From a virus: a stretch of 64,000 nt of DNA. A program made the translations under genes and the position numbers. Below the pieces are notes generated by a model. It worked only from the letters and a program-made list of their open reading frames with translations. It was not told the DNA's origin and made no database searches. Of this stretch, positions 46,592 through 54,521 are shown in pieces. Every line of letters starts with the position of its first letter. Position 1 is the stretch's first letter. Where the stretch lies: the IMG/VR virus record IMGVR_UViG_3300046832_000578. One strand, given 5' to 3'.

Positions 46592-47251
46592 ATGAAACTT
46601 AGTAAAGAAACTGTATCGCTAATTAAGAATTTCGCAGGAATCAATTCGAACCTGCTTCTTAAGAGTGGTAATAAACTAGCAACAATCAGTGCACAGAAGA
46701 ATGTGATGGCTGATGCAACTATCACGGAGACATTCCCTGACTTTGGCATCTACGATCTCAATGAGTTCTTGGGTGCGATGTCTTTGTTTGACGATCCTGA
46801 ACTTGAGTTTGCAGAGAAATTTGTCTCAATCAAACAAGGTAACATGAACATTAAGTTCTTTGCTGCAGACCCAACTGTGCTAACTGCTCCACAAAAAGCA
46901 ATTACATTCCCTGAAGCAGAAATTAACTTTAGTATGTCTGCGAATATGTTAAGTATGATTAACAAAACAGCATCTGTTCTTCGTGCAGCAGATGTGGCAA
47001 TCGTTGGTGATGGTTCAACAATCACTGCAGTGGTTGGAGATAAAAAGAATGCAACAGGAAACTCTTACAGTGAACCTGTTGGAACTACTGACAAAACTTT
47101 TAAGGTAAACTTAAAGGTTGAAAACCTAAAGATGCTTCCAGGAGATTATGAAGTATCAATTTCAAGTAAAAAGATTTCTCGTTTTAAATCTCCGAGCAGT
47201 GACTTGGTTTATTATGTAGCAGTGGAAGCAGATTCTACATTTGAGTTTTAA
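46592..47251 (+). CDS. gp45: Sliding clamp gp45
   Basis: MKLSKET..LIKNFAGIN, FGIYDLNEFL, ENLKMLPGDY.V.IS, YYVAVE. Confidence 0.95.
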   Translation: MKLSKETVSLIKNFAGINSNLLLKSGNKLATISAQKNVMADATITETFPDFGIYDLNEFLGAMSLFDDPELEFAEKFVSIKQGNMNIKFFAADPTVLTAPQKAITFPEAEINFSMSANMLSMINKTASVLRAADVAIVGDGSTITAVVGDKKNATGNSYSEPVGTTDKTFKVNLKVENLKMLPGDYEVSISSKKISRFKSPSSDLVYYVAVEADSTFEF

Positions 47252-47301
47252 TTTCAGAGAGGATATAATTCCTCTCTATTCTATATTATGTGGAGATTTA
47301 T

Positions 47302-48255
47302 ATGATTGAAAGTCGTGATGAGCAGTTCTTGTGGGTTGAGAAATATCGCCCACAAAAGATTGATGATTGTATTCTTCCTGAGTCTTTAAAGAAGACATTC
47401 AAGGATTATGTTGCACAAGGTGAGTTGCCTCACTTTCTATTGTGTGGCACGGCAGGTGTAGGTAAAACTACCATCGCCAAAGCATTGTGTAACGAAATCG
47501 GTGCAGAGTATGTAATTCTTAATGGTTCAGATACTGGTGGTCATATCGATACACTCCGTACTACTATTAAGGGTTTTGCTACATCTGTGTCGCTAACTGA
47601 TGCTAAGAAAGTTATTATCTTAGACGAAGCAGATTATCTACAAGCAAACTCCACCCAACCAGCACTCCGTAATTACATGGAAGAATTCTCTGCCAATTGC
47701 AGATTTATCTTCACTGCTAATTATAAGAATCGTATCATTGAACCGATTCATTCTCGCTGTGCTGTTATTGAATTTAAGATTGACTCTAAAGAGAAGCAAG
47801 AGATTGCTGCAGCATTCTTTAAACGAGCAACTGCTATTCTCAAACAAGAAAACATTGAGTTCGATCCTAAAGTTGTAGCAGAACTAATCACCAAACACTT
47901 TCCTGATTATCGTCGTATTCTTAATGAGATGCAACGATACTCTGTGTCAGGTAAAATCGACTCAGGCATTCTCGTCAATATGTCTGAAGAATCTTTCAAA
48001 GGTTTAATTAAACTTATGAAGGACAAAGACTTTACTGAAGTGCGTAAATGGGTTGCCAAAAACTCTGATGCAGATACAACTGCATTGTTTCGTGAATTGT
48101 ATGACAACGCATCCGTAAATATGGATGTGAATAGTATTCCACCAATGGTTCTTATCCTAGCAGACTATCAATACAAAGCAGCATTTGTGGCTGACCATGA
48201 ACTAAATATTATGGCAGCACTAACTGAGATTATGGCTCAGTGCAAATTCAAATGA
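47302..48255 (+). CDS. gp44: Clamp loader ATPase subunit gp44
   Basis: LWVEKYRP..IDDCILP, GTAGVGKTT, IILDEAD, RFIFTAN, SRC, FPDYRR. Confidence 0.95.
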   Translation: MIESRDEQFLWVEKYRPQKIDDCILPESLKKTFKDYVAQGELPHFLLCGTAGVGKTTIAKALCNEIGAEYVILNGSDTGGHIDTLRTTIKGFATSVSLTDAKKVIILDEADYLQANSTQPALRNYMEEFSANCRFIFTANYKNRIIEPIHSRCAVIEFKIDSKEKQEIAAAFFKRATAILKQENIEFDPKVVAELITKHFPDYRRILNEMQRYSVSGKIDSGILVNMSEESFKGLIKLMKDKDFTEVRKWVAKNSDADTTALFRELYDNASVNMDVNSIPPMVLILADYQYKAAFVADHELNIMAALTEIMAQCKFK

Positions 48256-48262
48256 GGATGCC

Positions 48263-48583
48263 ATGGAATTTCTTATACTCTTTGCCGTACTAGTAGTGGG
48301 TATCCACTGGGGCTGGACTGCTCGTGAAGCAGTTGCTAAACGAAGAGCAGACTTTCTTTTATCTAAATTACAAGAGATAGAAGAAGATACTCCAGAAGAT
48401 ATTATCCGTATTAATATTGAAAAAGATAATGGTGTGCTCTTTGCATACTACGAACAAGATAGTCGTTTTATAGTACAAGCAAACAGTCGTGAAGAACTGG
48501 AGAATAAACTAAAAGAATTGTTTCCAGGAAAACGATTTGGTTGTTCTCCAGAAACCTTAAGAAAATGTGGCTTTATATTATGA
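48263..48583 (+). CDS. Hypothetical protein with N-terminal membrane anchor
   Basis: Hydrophobic MEFLILFAVLVVGIHWG; GAGG SD. Confidence 0.6.
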   Translation: MEFLILFAVLVVGIHWGWTAREAVAKRRADFLLSKLQEIEEDTPEDIIRINIEKDNGVLFAYYEQDSRFIVQANSREELENKLKELFPGKRFGCSPETLRKCGFIL

Positions 48584-48957
48584 CTCCCTTTGACTTTATT
48601 AATGCAATTAACCTAACCAAAAAGAATCTGTTCGAAGATCCACAAGCAGAGAAAGACTATCTCCCCTTTCTTGTGAACAGGGGTTTGTCTTATTTTCCCG
48701 ATACAGTCCTTTATGCCAACGAGATGAATCGTAACTCTGGCATCCCAAAAGACTGGCAATTTTCCTTTTTCCTAAATACTATACCAAAGAAAAAGAGATT
48801 CAGTAAGTGGCATAAAAAAGATGCCGATTCTGATTCCTTGACACTCGTTAAAGAGTACTTTGGTTACTCATCAGAGAAAGCATTAGAAGCATTGAGCATT
48901 CTCTCCGATGAACAGTTGGCTATGATAAAAGAAAAATTATACAAAGGTGGAAAATAA
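48580..48957 (+). CDS. gp62: Clamp loader subunit gp62
   Basis: PFDFINAIN..K, Y.PFLVNRGLSYF.DT..YANEMN, KKKRFSKW.K, VKEYFGYS..KA. Confidence 0.92.
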   Translation: MTPFDFINAINLTKKNLFEDPQAEKDYLPFLVNRGLSYFPDTVLYANEMNRNSGIPKDWQFSFFLNTIPKKKRFSKWHKKDADSDSLTLVKEYFGYSSEKALEALSILSDEQLAMIKEKLYKGGK

Positions 48958-49376
48958 TGACTGTTGAGATGATTTACTACGACTGGACTCCCGAGTCCAT
49001 GCTTGAAGTGATACTGCCAGAACCAGACAATTTTTTAAAGGTTCGTGAGACACTTACTCGCATCGGCATCGCATCCAGAAAAGAAAACAAACTGTATCAA
49101 TCGTGCCATATCTTGCATAAGCAGGGTAGGTATTTCATCGTGCATTTTAAAGAATTGTTCGCTCTTGATGGTAAAGAATCAAACATCACGAGTGGAGATA
49201 TTGAGAGAAGAAACGCTATTGCTAGTTTATTGCAAGACTGGGATCTTTTAAAGATTCTAAATAATGCATTGGTAGAACAAAAAGCATCACTCTCTCAAAT
49301 TAAGGTGGTCTCTTATAAAGAAAAAGACCAGTGGGAATTAGTTCCAAAATATAACATAGGAAAAAAATCAAAATGA
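48957..49376 (+). CDS. regA: Translational repressor RegA
   Basis: PDNFLKVRETLTRIGIAS, LYQSCHILHKQGRYFIVHFKELF.LDG, W.LVPKYNIG. Confidence 0.96.
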   Translation: MTVEMIYYDWTPESMLEVILPEPDNFLKVRETLTRIGIASRKENKLYQSCHILHKQGRYFIVHFKELFALDGKESNITSGDIERRNAIASLLQDWDLLKILNNALVEQKASLSQIKVVSYKEKDQWELVPKYNIGKKSK

Positions 49377-49546
49377 TCAAACTTGAATTGACAGTAGATG
49401 AGTGCAATACTATTCTTCGTGTATTAGGTAAGCACCCATTTGAGGAAGTTGTAACAATTATTAACAAGATTAAAGCACAAGGCGAGCCACAAGTGCTAGC
49501 CATGGCAGAAGCAGAAAAATCTGCAGCTGAAGAACCAAAAGCATAA
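49373..49546 (+). CDS. Small hypothetical protein (57 aa), not in the ORF track
   Basis: ATGA overlap with the regA stop, AGGA SD; MIKLELTVDECNTILRVLGKHPFEEVVTIINKIKAQGEPQVLAMAEAEKSAAEEPKA. Confidence 0.7.
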   Translation: MIKLELTVDECNTILRVLGKHPFEEVVTIINKIKAQGEPQVLAMAEAEKSAAEEPKA

Positions 49547-49650
49547 ATACCATTAGGCATAACTAATGATTTTACTTAGGTTGTTTTTATGTTCTCCGTT
49601 ATAAGTATAAATGTCCTCTATGGACACTAACTTAATTAAGGAGAAAGATT

Positions 49651-49722
49651 ATGTGGACAACACCGACAGCAACAGACATGAGATTCGGATTCGAAGTAAC
49701 AATGTATGTGATGAACAGATAA
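49651..49722 (+). CDS. pqqA: Pyrroloquinoline quinone precursor peptide PqqA
   Basis: Translates to MWTTPTATDMRFGFEVTMYVMNR* (23 aa), with the MW..P...R.GFEVT.Y signature and the ExxxY core; strong AAGGAG SD 8 nt upstream. Confidence 0.93.
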   Translation: MWTTPTATDMRFGFEVTMYVMNR

Positions 49723-49802
49723 GTTTAGAACCTACAAAAGAAGATAAAGAAATAAATATGCAAAAGTTACTTGAAAGTTTAAGTGACTGTGTATAAAAAT
49801 TC

Positions 49803-49898
49803 ACCTTAGGACCACTAAGTTACGAATCGTTATAAAGCAGACATGACGCACGATGTCGCTGGAATTGTAACCAGCATCTGATATGCCTTCGGGGTATC
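49803..49898 (+). ncRNA. Candidate structured RNA / 5' leader of hsp20 (four stem-loops)
   Basis: CTTAG/CTAAG (49805-49819), GACAT/ATGTC (49840-49857), GCTGG/CCAGC (49858-49875), GATATGCC-ttcg-GGGTATC (49880-49898). Confidence 0.45.
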
Positions 49899-49933
49899 AA
49901 TTTTAATTTAACTCGCTTAATAGGAGAAACAAA

Positions 49934-50440
49934 ATGGTAAGACAATTCATCCCCACAATTTTTGGTGAACACTTCAAAGACTTTGATAAGGTGTTCGTAG
50001 GTTTTGACGACCAGTTCTCGAAGATGCAAAGTCTTCATGACGAACTAACCAAAAACATCCCTAACTATCCTCCATTCAATGTTCGTAAGAACGGTAATAC
50101 CTACACGATTGAAATCGCTGTAGCAGGTTTCGCACAAAACGAAATCGACATTACCATCGATGGTGGCAAACTAATCGTTAAGGGTAACTCTGAATCAAAA
50201 GATCCAGAAGATACTGATTACTTGTTCAAAGGTATTGGCATGCGTGCGTTTACTCGTGCATGGGCAATCGGTGACCAGTATGAAGTTAAAGATGCTGAAC
50301 TGTTCAATGGTGTTCTAAAGATTGCTCTTGATCAATTGATTCCAGAAACACAGAAAGCAAAAAAAGTTCCAGTGAAGACTAAAGGGCAAAAAGAATTCTT
50401 ACGAGAGGACGCATATGACAAAGCTGCTGAAACTCTTTAA
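49934..50440 (+). CDS. hsp20: Small heat shock protein Hsp20 (IbpA-like)
   Basis: VGFD, NYPPFNV, IEIAVAGF, YLFKGIGMRAFTR, A.L.NGVLKI.L. Confidence 0.93.
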   Translation: MVRQFIPTIFGEHFKDFDKVFVGFDDQFSKMQSLHDELTKNIPNYPPFNVRKNGNTYTIEIAVAGFAQNEIDITIDGGKLIVKGNSESKDPEDTDYLFKGIGMRAFTRAWAIGDQYEVKDAELFNGVLKIALDQLIPETQKAKKVPVKTKGQKEFLREDAYDKAAETL

Positions 50441-50516
50441 GGATGTGTCTAGTGGGCTATATGAAGGTCTTCTTATGATGAGAAAACATAAAGCCGACAG
50501 GTTCAATAGATTATGA
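50415..50516 (+). CDS. Small hypothetical peptide (33 aa), not in the ORF track
   Basis: GAGG SD; MTKLLKLFKDVSSGLYEGLLMMRKHKADRFNRL; overlaps the hsp20 end. Confidence 0.45.
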   Translation: MTKLLKLFKDVSSGLYEGLLMMRKHKADRFNRL

Positions 50517-50590
50517 CTAACTGGATCCCAATGACAGATGATGATTGGGATTGGGTGAACGGTAAACAACCTAAACCAGTCAAGTCGTAG
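50513..50590 (+). CDS. Small Trp/Asp-rich peptide (25 aa), not in the ORF track
   Basis: ATGA-coupled to the previous ORF; MTNWIPMTDDDWDWVNGKQPKPVKS; ends just before a terminator. Confidence 0.5.
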   Translation: MTNWIPMTDDDWDWVNGKQPKPVKS

Positions 50591-50594
50591 AAAT

Positions 50595-50620
50595 TTTAGG
50601 GAGTCTTCGGATTCCCTAAA
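50595..50620 (+). terminator. Intrinsic terminator with UUCG loop
   Basis: TTTAGGGAGTC-ttcg-GATTCCCTAAA; its 3' arm overlaps a CTAAATA late-like box. Confidence 0.7.
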
Positions 50621-50628
50621 TACTTTCT

Positions 50629-50835
50629 ATGATGAGAGCAAAACTATCACCCAACATGATTTCATTTGTCACAGTTCGTCGTGGCGAATGGGTCTTAAAA
50701 ATATCTGTGTTTAAGAACAGACAGATAATGGTAGTTGCACAGCATTGTTATGAGTTGGAAAGATTGCTTGTTAGATTCTTTATTGACCAAAATCATGCTG
50801 CAGATTTTATTGAACAACTTGTTATAGAGGAATAG
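50629..50835 (+). CDS. Hypothetical protein
   Basis: 68 aa ORF following a CTAAATA box. Confidence 0.55.
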   Translation: MMRAKLSPNMISFVTVRRGEWVLKISVFKNRQIMVVAQHCYELERLLVRFFIDQNHAADFIEQLVIEE

Positions 50836-50836
50836 A

Positions 50837-51130
50837 ATGAACGACATTAGAGTATTTAAATTGATCAGTGGTGAAGAACTTATTGCACAGATTTTCAATC
50901 ATTACGATCGCCACATTGAATTAAAGAAACCCGCATCAATAGTAATGCAGAGAACTGAACAAGGTGTTGGAGTTGGACTCGCACCATATATGCCTTATGC
51001 GACAGGAAACATTGATCTACACAGAACTGCCATCGCATCAGACGCTGAACCCGACACTCAACTAGTCAACGAATATAGCCGACTTTTTGGCTCTGGCATC
51101 CAAATAGCCTCAGCATCGGCTCTTAAGTAA
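50837..51130 (+). CDS. Conserved T4-like hypothetical protein (Sm-like fold)
   Basis: VFKLISGEELIA, LAPYMPY, LVNEY..LFGSGI. Confidence 0.7.
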   Translation: MNDIRVFKLISGEELIAQIFNHYDRHIELKKPASIVMQRTEQGVGVGLAPYMPYATGNIDLHRTAIASDAEPDTQLVNEYSRLFGSGIQIASASALK

Positions 51131-51182
51131 GTAAGTGCTAACTTACTAGAGACGAGAGACCCTGTAGAGACAGGGCTAGAAT

Positions 51183-51207
51183 AACCCTACTTTCAGTAGG
51201 GTTTTTT
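51183..51207 (+). terminator. Intrinsic terminator
   Basis: AACCCTAC-tttca-GTAGGGTT plus T run. Confidence 0.7.
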
Positions 51208-51218
51208 GCATTTAGTTG

Positions 51219-51247
51219 TTGTCTTTAATTGCAACTTAGGGCATAAT
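51219..51247 (+). promoter_or_regulatory. Early promoter cassette TTGTCTTTAATT
   Basis: TTGTCT-17 bp-CATAAT, followed by AGTTATATTATGATG. Confidence 0.72.
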
Positions 51248-51277
51248 AGTTATATTATGATGAAGAAAGGTGATAAG

Positions 51278-51619
51278 ATGAAATACGATGTTTACCAGTT
51301 TGTGCTTAGCAACTCAATGATTGATGAAGTGAATTCTTCTGATAGTCAGCGTCCTGCTTTCTATGAAAAGTATTTAAATGTGACTTGGAAACCGACTGCT
51401 GAGTCGATCCTCGAAGCAAAAGAATATTTTAAGAAAGTTGCTACGATCGAAGCAGAAAACTTCGGGCAGGTTTTTGAAATCGGTAATATTGGTCCAGAAG
51501 AAAATATTACTCGTCACGATCGCATGCACTCTGTTTCTGTTGGTGATGTGGTTGTTCGTGAAGATGGAACTGCAAAATTTGTAGATCGCATCGGGTTTGG
51601 CTCTGTGTTGTTTAACTAA
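51278..51619 (+). CDS. Hypothetical protein (YodL-like motif)
   Basis: RMHSVSVGDVVV...FVDRIGF; start moved to ATG 51278 after AAGG SD. Confidence 0.6.
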   Translation: MKYDVYQFVLSNSMIDEVNSSDSQRPAFYEKYLNVTWKPTAESILEAKEYFKKVATIEAENFGQVFEIGNIGPEENITRHDRMHSVSVGDVVVREDGTAKFVDRIGFGSVLFN

Positions 51620-51633
51620 AAGGGAAATATATT

Positions 51634-51873
51634 ATGAAAAACAAAAAAATTGTTGCAGTGATTTACAATCGGTCTACACAGACTAAAGCAGAGATCCGTG
51701 CTGAAGGTGAGAAAGCATTGAAAGCATTCTTACGCAAAGGTGGTGTGATTCAAGTTGACGAGAAAAAACGTCGTGTACCTAAGTCCAAGATGTCTGCAAA
51801 GTCGTCTCGTGGCTTTGTGTCTGGAACTGGTGGGTTTGCAACTGGATTCCCACGCAAAAGTCTTGCAATTTAA
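51634..51873 (+). CDS. Small basic hypothetical protein
   Basis: 79 aa; AFLRKGGVIQ motif; AAGGG SD. Confidence 0.6.
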   Translation: MKNKKIVAVIYNRSTQTKAEIRAEGEKALKAFLRKGGVIQVDEKKRRVPKSKMSAKSSRGFVSGTGGFATGFPRKSLAI

Positions 51874-51876
51874 TAG

Positions 51877-51905
51877 TTGTCTTTAATTGCGAGTTGATGT
51901 ATAAT
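51877..51905 (+). promoter_or_regulatory. Early promoter cassette TTGTCTTTAATT
   Basis: TTGTCT-17 bp-TATAAT, followed by AGTTATATTATGATG. Confidence 0.75.
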
Positions 51906-51929
51906 AGTTATATTATGATGGAGAATGTG

Positions 51930-52295
51930 ATGCAATCTTGGGAAGAAATGACTGTGTTGGAGCAAATGCAATGCCAGTTCTGGGATATGTATAAGGATGC
52001 CTATGGTGTCCGTCCTCGTGGTATCGATACCACTAGCTGGACTGAGGCTGACTTCGAAGCCGAATTCCAAATGCTGGGTAAGGTTATCGAGCAAGAGGAC
52101 ATTGCTCGCAAAGAAGCAGAAGCAGAAGCCACTGCTAAGTTTGAACAGCATGTTACCAATACCATCTGTATGGGTGCGAAAGATCGTGCCACTGCACTCC
52201 GCTGGATCATGGATGCCAGCCAAGCAGGTGATGACTGGGAATACTTCTGTTTCCTCAATGGTCTACCCTATGGTTACTTTAGGGAAGCAGCATGA
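51930..52295 (+). CDS. Conserved hypothetical early protein
   Basis: WDMYKDAYGVRPR, GAKDRATALRWI; GGAG SD. Confidence 0.7.
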   Translation: MQSWEEMTVLEQMQCQFWDMYKDAYGVRPRGIDTTSWTEADFEAEFQMLGKVIEQEDIARKEAEAEATAKFEQHVTNTICMGAKDRATALRWIMDASQAGDDWEYFCFLNGLPYGYFREAA

Positions 52296-52639
52296 TTCTC
52301 GCTAAAGAGATCACTGTCTGGTCTACAGACTTTCAACCAAATCATACATATCTAATGAATGATTCGATGGATAAAATCATTGGGTATTTCAAATGGAACA
52401 ATCCAAAAGACTTTACGAAGTTTAAGAATCCTCTAAGATTCGATACTCGTTATCGCAAATTCAAAATCCTCCAGCGTTATGAAGACAAAACAAATGCCAA
52501 GCGATGGAAGATTAATGGTAGTAAAGACCATGTGTATTATGTAGAAGAAACCGACAATGGAATGTCATGCACATGCATCGGTCACAAATATCATGGCAAG
52601 TGTAAACATATTGAACAGGTGAAGAATGAACATCAATAA
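52292..52639 (+). CDS. SWIM zinc-finger protein
   Basis: GSK..VYYV...MSCTCIG.KY.GKCKHI (CxC...CxH). Confidence 0.75.
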   Translation: MILAKEITVWSTDFQPNHTYLMNDSMDKIIGYFKWNNPKDFTKFKNPLRFDTRYRKFKILQRYEDKTNAKRWKINGSKDHVYYVEETDNGMSCTCIGHKYHGKCKHIEQVKNEHQ

Positions 52640-53930
52640 ATTTTTAGATAGTCTAGCTGCGAATGCCTCACGCAATTTCAAGATCGACCAATTAAACGCA
52701 CAGAGCGATAACGAAACTCTGCGTGAGGTCATTCGTCTGGCTCTCGACCCATTTACGCAATTCTATCAGCGTAAGATCCCTCAGTATGTTACTGATTCTA
52801 AACAAACCTCTTTGGAGAATGCACTTGGAGCACTTTATGATTTATCTTCTCGCACTGTTACAGGTAATGCAGCAATCGAATATCTACGCATGTTGCTCGC
52901 ATCTTTATCACCAGATGATGCTAAAGTTATCGAACGAATCATTCAGAAAGATCTGAAATGTGGTGTTGATGTATCCACTGCCAATAAAGTTTGGAGTGGA
53001 TTAATTGCAGAGTATCCATGTATGTTATGCAGTCCATTCGAACAGAAGTTGGTTGACAAGATTAAGTTCCCAGCCTATGCTCAGATGAAGATGGATGGTA
53101 TGCGATTCAATGCCATTGTTCGTGATGGTAAGGTAGAATTCCGTAGCAGAAATGGTAAACAGATTCATCTGTTGGGCAATCTGGAACAAGAATTTGCTAC
53201 ACTGGCAGGGAATATCGATTGTGTCTTTGATGGTGAGTTGTTGGTTATGCTTGAGGGTGATCATCAGTTTGCAGATCGTCAGACAGGTAATGGTATCCTT
53301 AACAAAGCAAACAAGGGTACAATTTCTGCTGAAGAAGCATCGATGGTACATGCATCTGTTTGGGATTTAATTCCGTATGTGATGTTTGAAGCAGGACAAT
53401 GTTCAACTCCATACTCAAAACGATTCTCGACTTTGGAACAGATTGTAAACAATCAGAAGTCAGATGGTAAAAAGATATGGACAGTATCATCTACAATTGT
53501 AGAAACAATAGAACAAGCACAAGAGATCTTCCAAGAATACTTGTCTCTTGGTTACGAAGGTATCATCCTCAAAGATGGTAATGGTATCTGGGAAGACAAA
53601 CGAAGCAAGACTCAGATTAAATTCAAAGGTGAATTGGAATGCGATCTGAAGATTGTTGCAGTTGAAGAAGGTAAAGGTAAGGCTACAGGAATGCTTGGTG
53701 CAATTATCTGCGAGTCTGCAGATGGGATTGTAAAGGTAAATGTAGGATCTGGTTTCAATGATGCACAAAGAAAGCAATATTGGAAAGAAAATTTAGTTGA
53801 CAAAATCGTGGCAGTGAAGTATAATGCTAGAATCAAAAACAAACAAGGTGAAGAGAGTCTGTTCCTACCTGTCTTTGTAGAAATCCGTGACGACAAAGAT
53901 GTTGCAGATTCTTCAAAAATTATTAAATGA
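52626..53930 (+). CDS. gp30: ATP-dependent DNA ligase gp30
   Basis: KDLKCGV, motif I KMDGMR, FDGEL, EGIILK, KFK, VGSGF, SLFLPVF. Confidence 0.95.
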   Translation: MNINKFLDSLAANASRNFKIDQLNAQSDNETLREVIRLALDPFTQFYQRKIPQYVTDSKQTSLENALGALYDLSSRTVTGNAAIEYLRMLLASLSPDDAKVIERIIQKDLKCGVDVSTANKVWSGLIAEYPCMLCSPFEQKLVDKIKFPAYAQMKMDGMRFNAIVRDGKVEFRSRNGKQIHLLGNLEQEFATLAGNIDCVFDGELLVMLEGDHQFADRQTGNGILNKANKGTISAEEASMVHASVWDLIPYVMFEAGQCSTPYSKRFSTLEQIVNNQKSDGKKIWTVSSTIVETIEQAQEIFQEYLSLGYEGIILKDGNGIWEDKRSKTQIKFKGELECDLKIVAVEEGKGKATGMLGAIICESADGIVKVNVGSGFNDAQRKQYWKENLVDKIVAVKYNARIKNKQGEESLFLPVFVEIRDDKDVADSSKIIK

Positions 53931-54172
53931 TACTCGAAAGCAGATTAAAACCAAAAAGATTTTTTGATGTTAAATCAAAACAGGATATGAGTCTTGTAAA
54001 AAGATTCGTCAAAGACCAGACATGGGGAACTGAAGGATGTCCATTTTATCTTGAGTTTCCTTACACAACAATTCCAGATATGGTTAAAGACAAAGTCATA
54101 CATCATACACTGGGAATAAAATTCAATAGATTCCATCATGTATTTGGAGAACAAAATGAAAGTAGTAATTAA
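53927..54172 (+). CDS. Hypothetical protein
   Basis: WG..GCPFYLEFPY..IPDM motif; coupled to the ligase stop. Confidence 0.6.
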   Translation: MILESRLKPKRFFDVKSKQDMSLVKRFVKDQTWGTEGCPFYLEFPYTTIPDMVKDKVIHHTLGIKFNRFHHVFGEQNESSN

Positions 54173-54521
54173 TAGATGTTTTGGTGGGTTCGGTATCTCA
54201 AATTTAGCATTTGAGAAATTACTTGAACGCAAGGGTATTGCATTTGATAAAGTGCCTGCCAAATATCCAATTCGTGGAAATGACTCAGACTATTACAAAG
54301 CTGGTAGTCCACAATCTGATGCGACATACCTAAGTGAGCATGAGTTCTATGAACAACGCAATGATCCAGATTTGATTGCAGTGATTGAAGAGTTGGGTAA
54401 AGATTCATGGGGTTGGGCATCAGAACTGGCAATCTTGGATATTCCAGATGATGTTGAATGGCATATCAGTGAATACGATGGACTTGAACATGTGGCAGAA
54501 AATCATAGGACTTGGTCATGA
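54156..54521 (+). CDS. Conserved phage hypothetical protein
   Basis: MKVVINRCFGGFGIS...RNDPDLIAVIEELG...IPDDVEWHISEYDGLEHVAE.HRTW. Confidence 0.75.
   Translation: MKVVINRCFGGFGISNLAFEKLLERKGIAFDKVPAKYPIRGNDSDYYKAGSPQSDATYLSEHEFYEQRNDPDLIAVIEELGKDSWGWASELAILDIPDDVEWHISEYDGLEHVAENHRTWS

Noticed and set aside
49611-49796. 61-aa ORF in the track (MSSMDTNLIKEK...)
   Set aside because: It lacks a clear SD and overlaps pqqA in another frame; the AAGGAG SD is positioned for ATG 49651.
49770-49797. Sigma32 heat-shock promoter for hsp20 (CTTGAAA)
   Set aside because: The -35 matches but no CCCCAT-like -10 follows at the right spacing.
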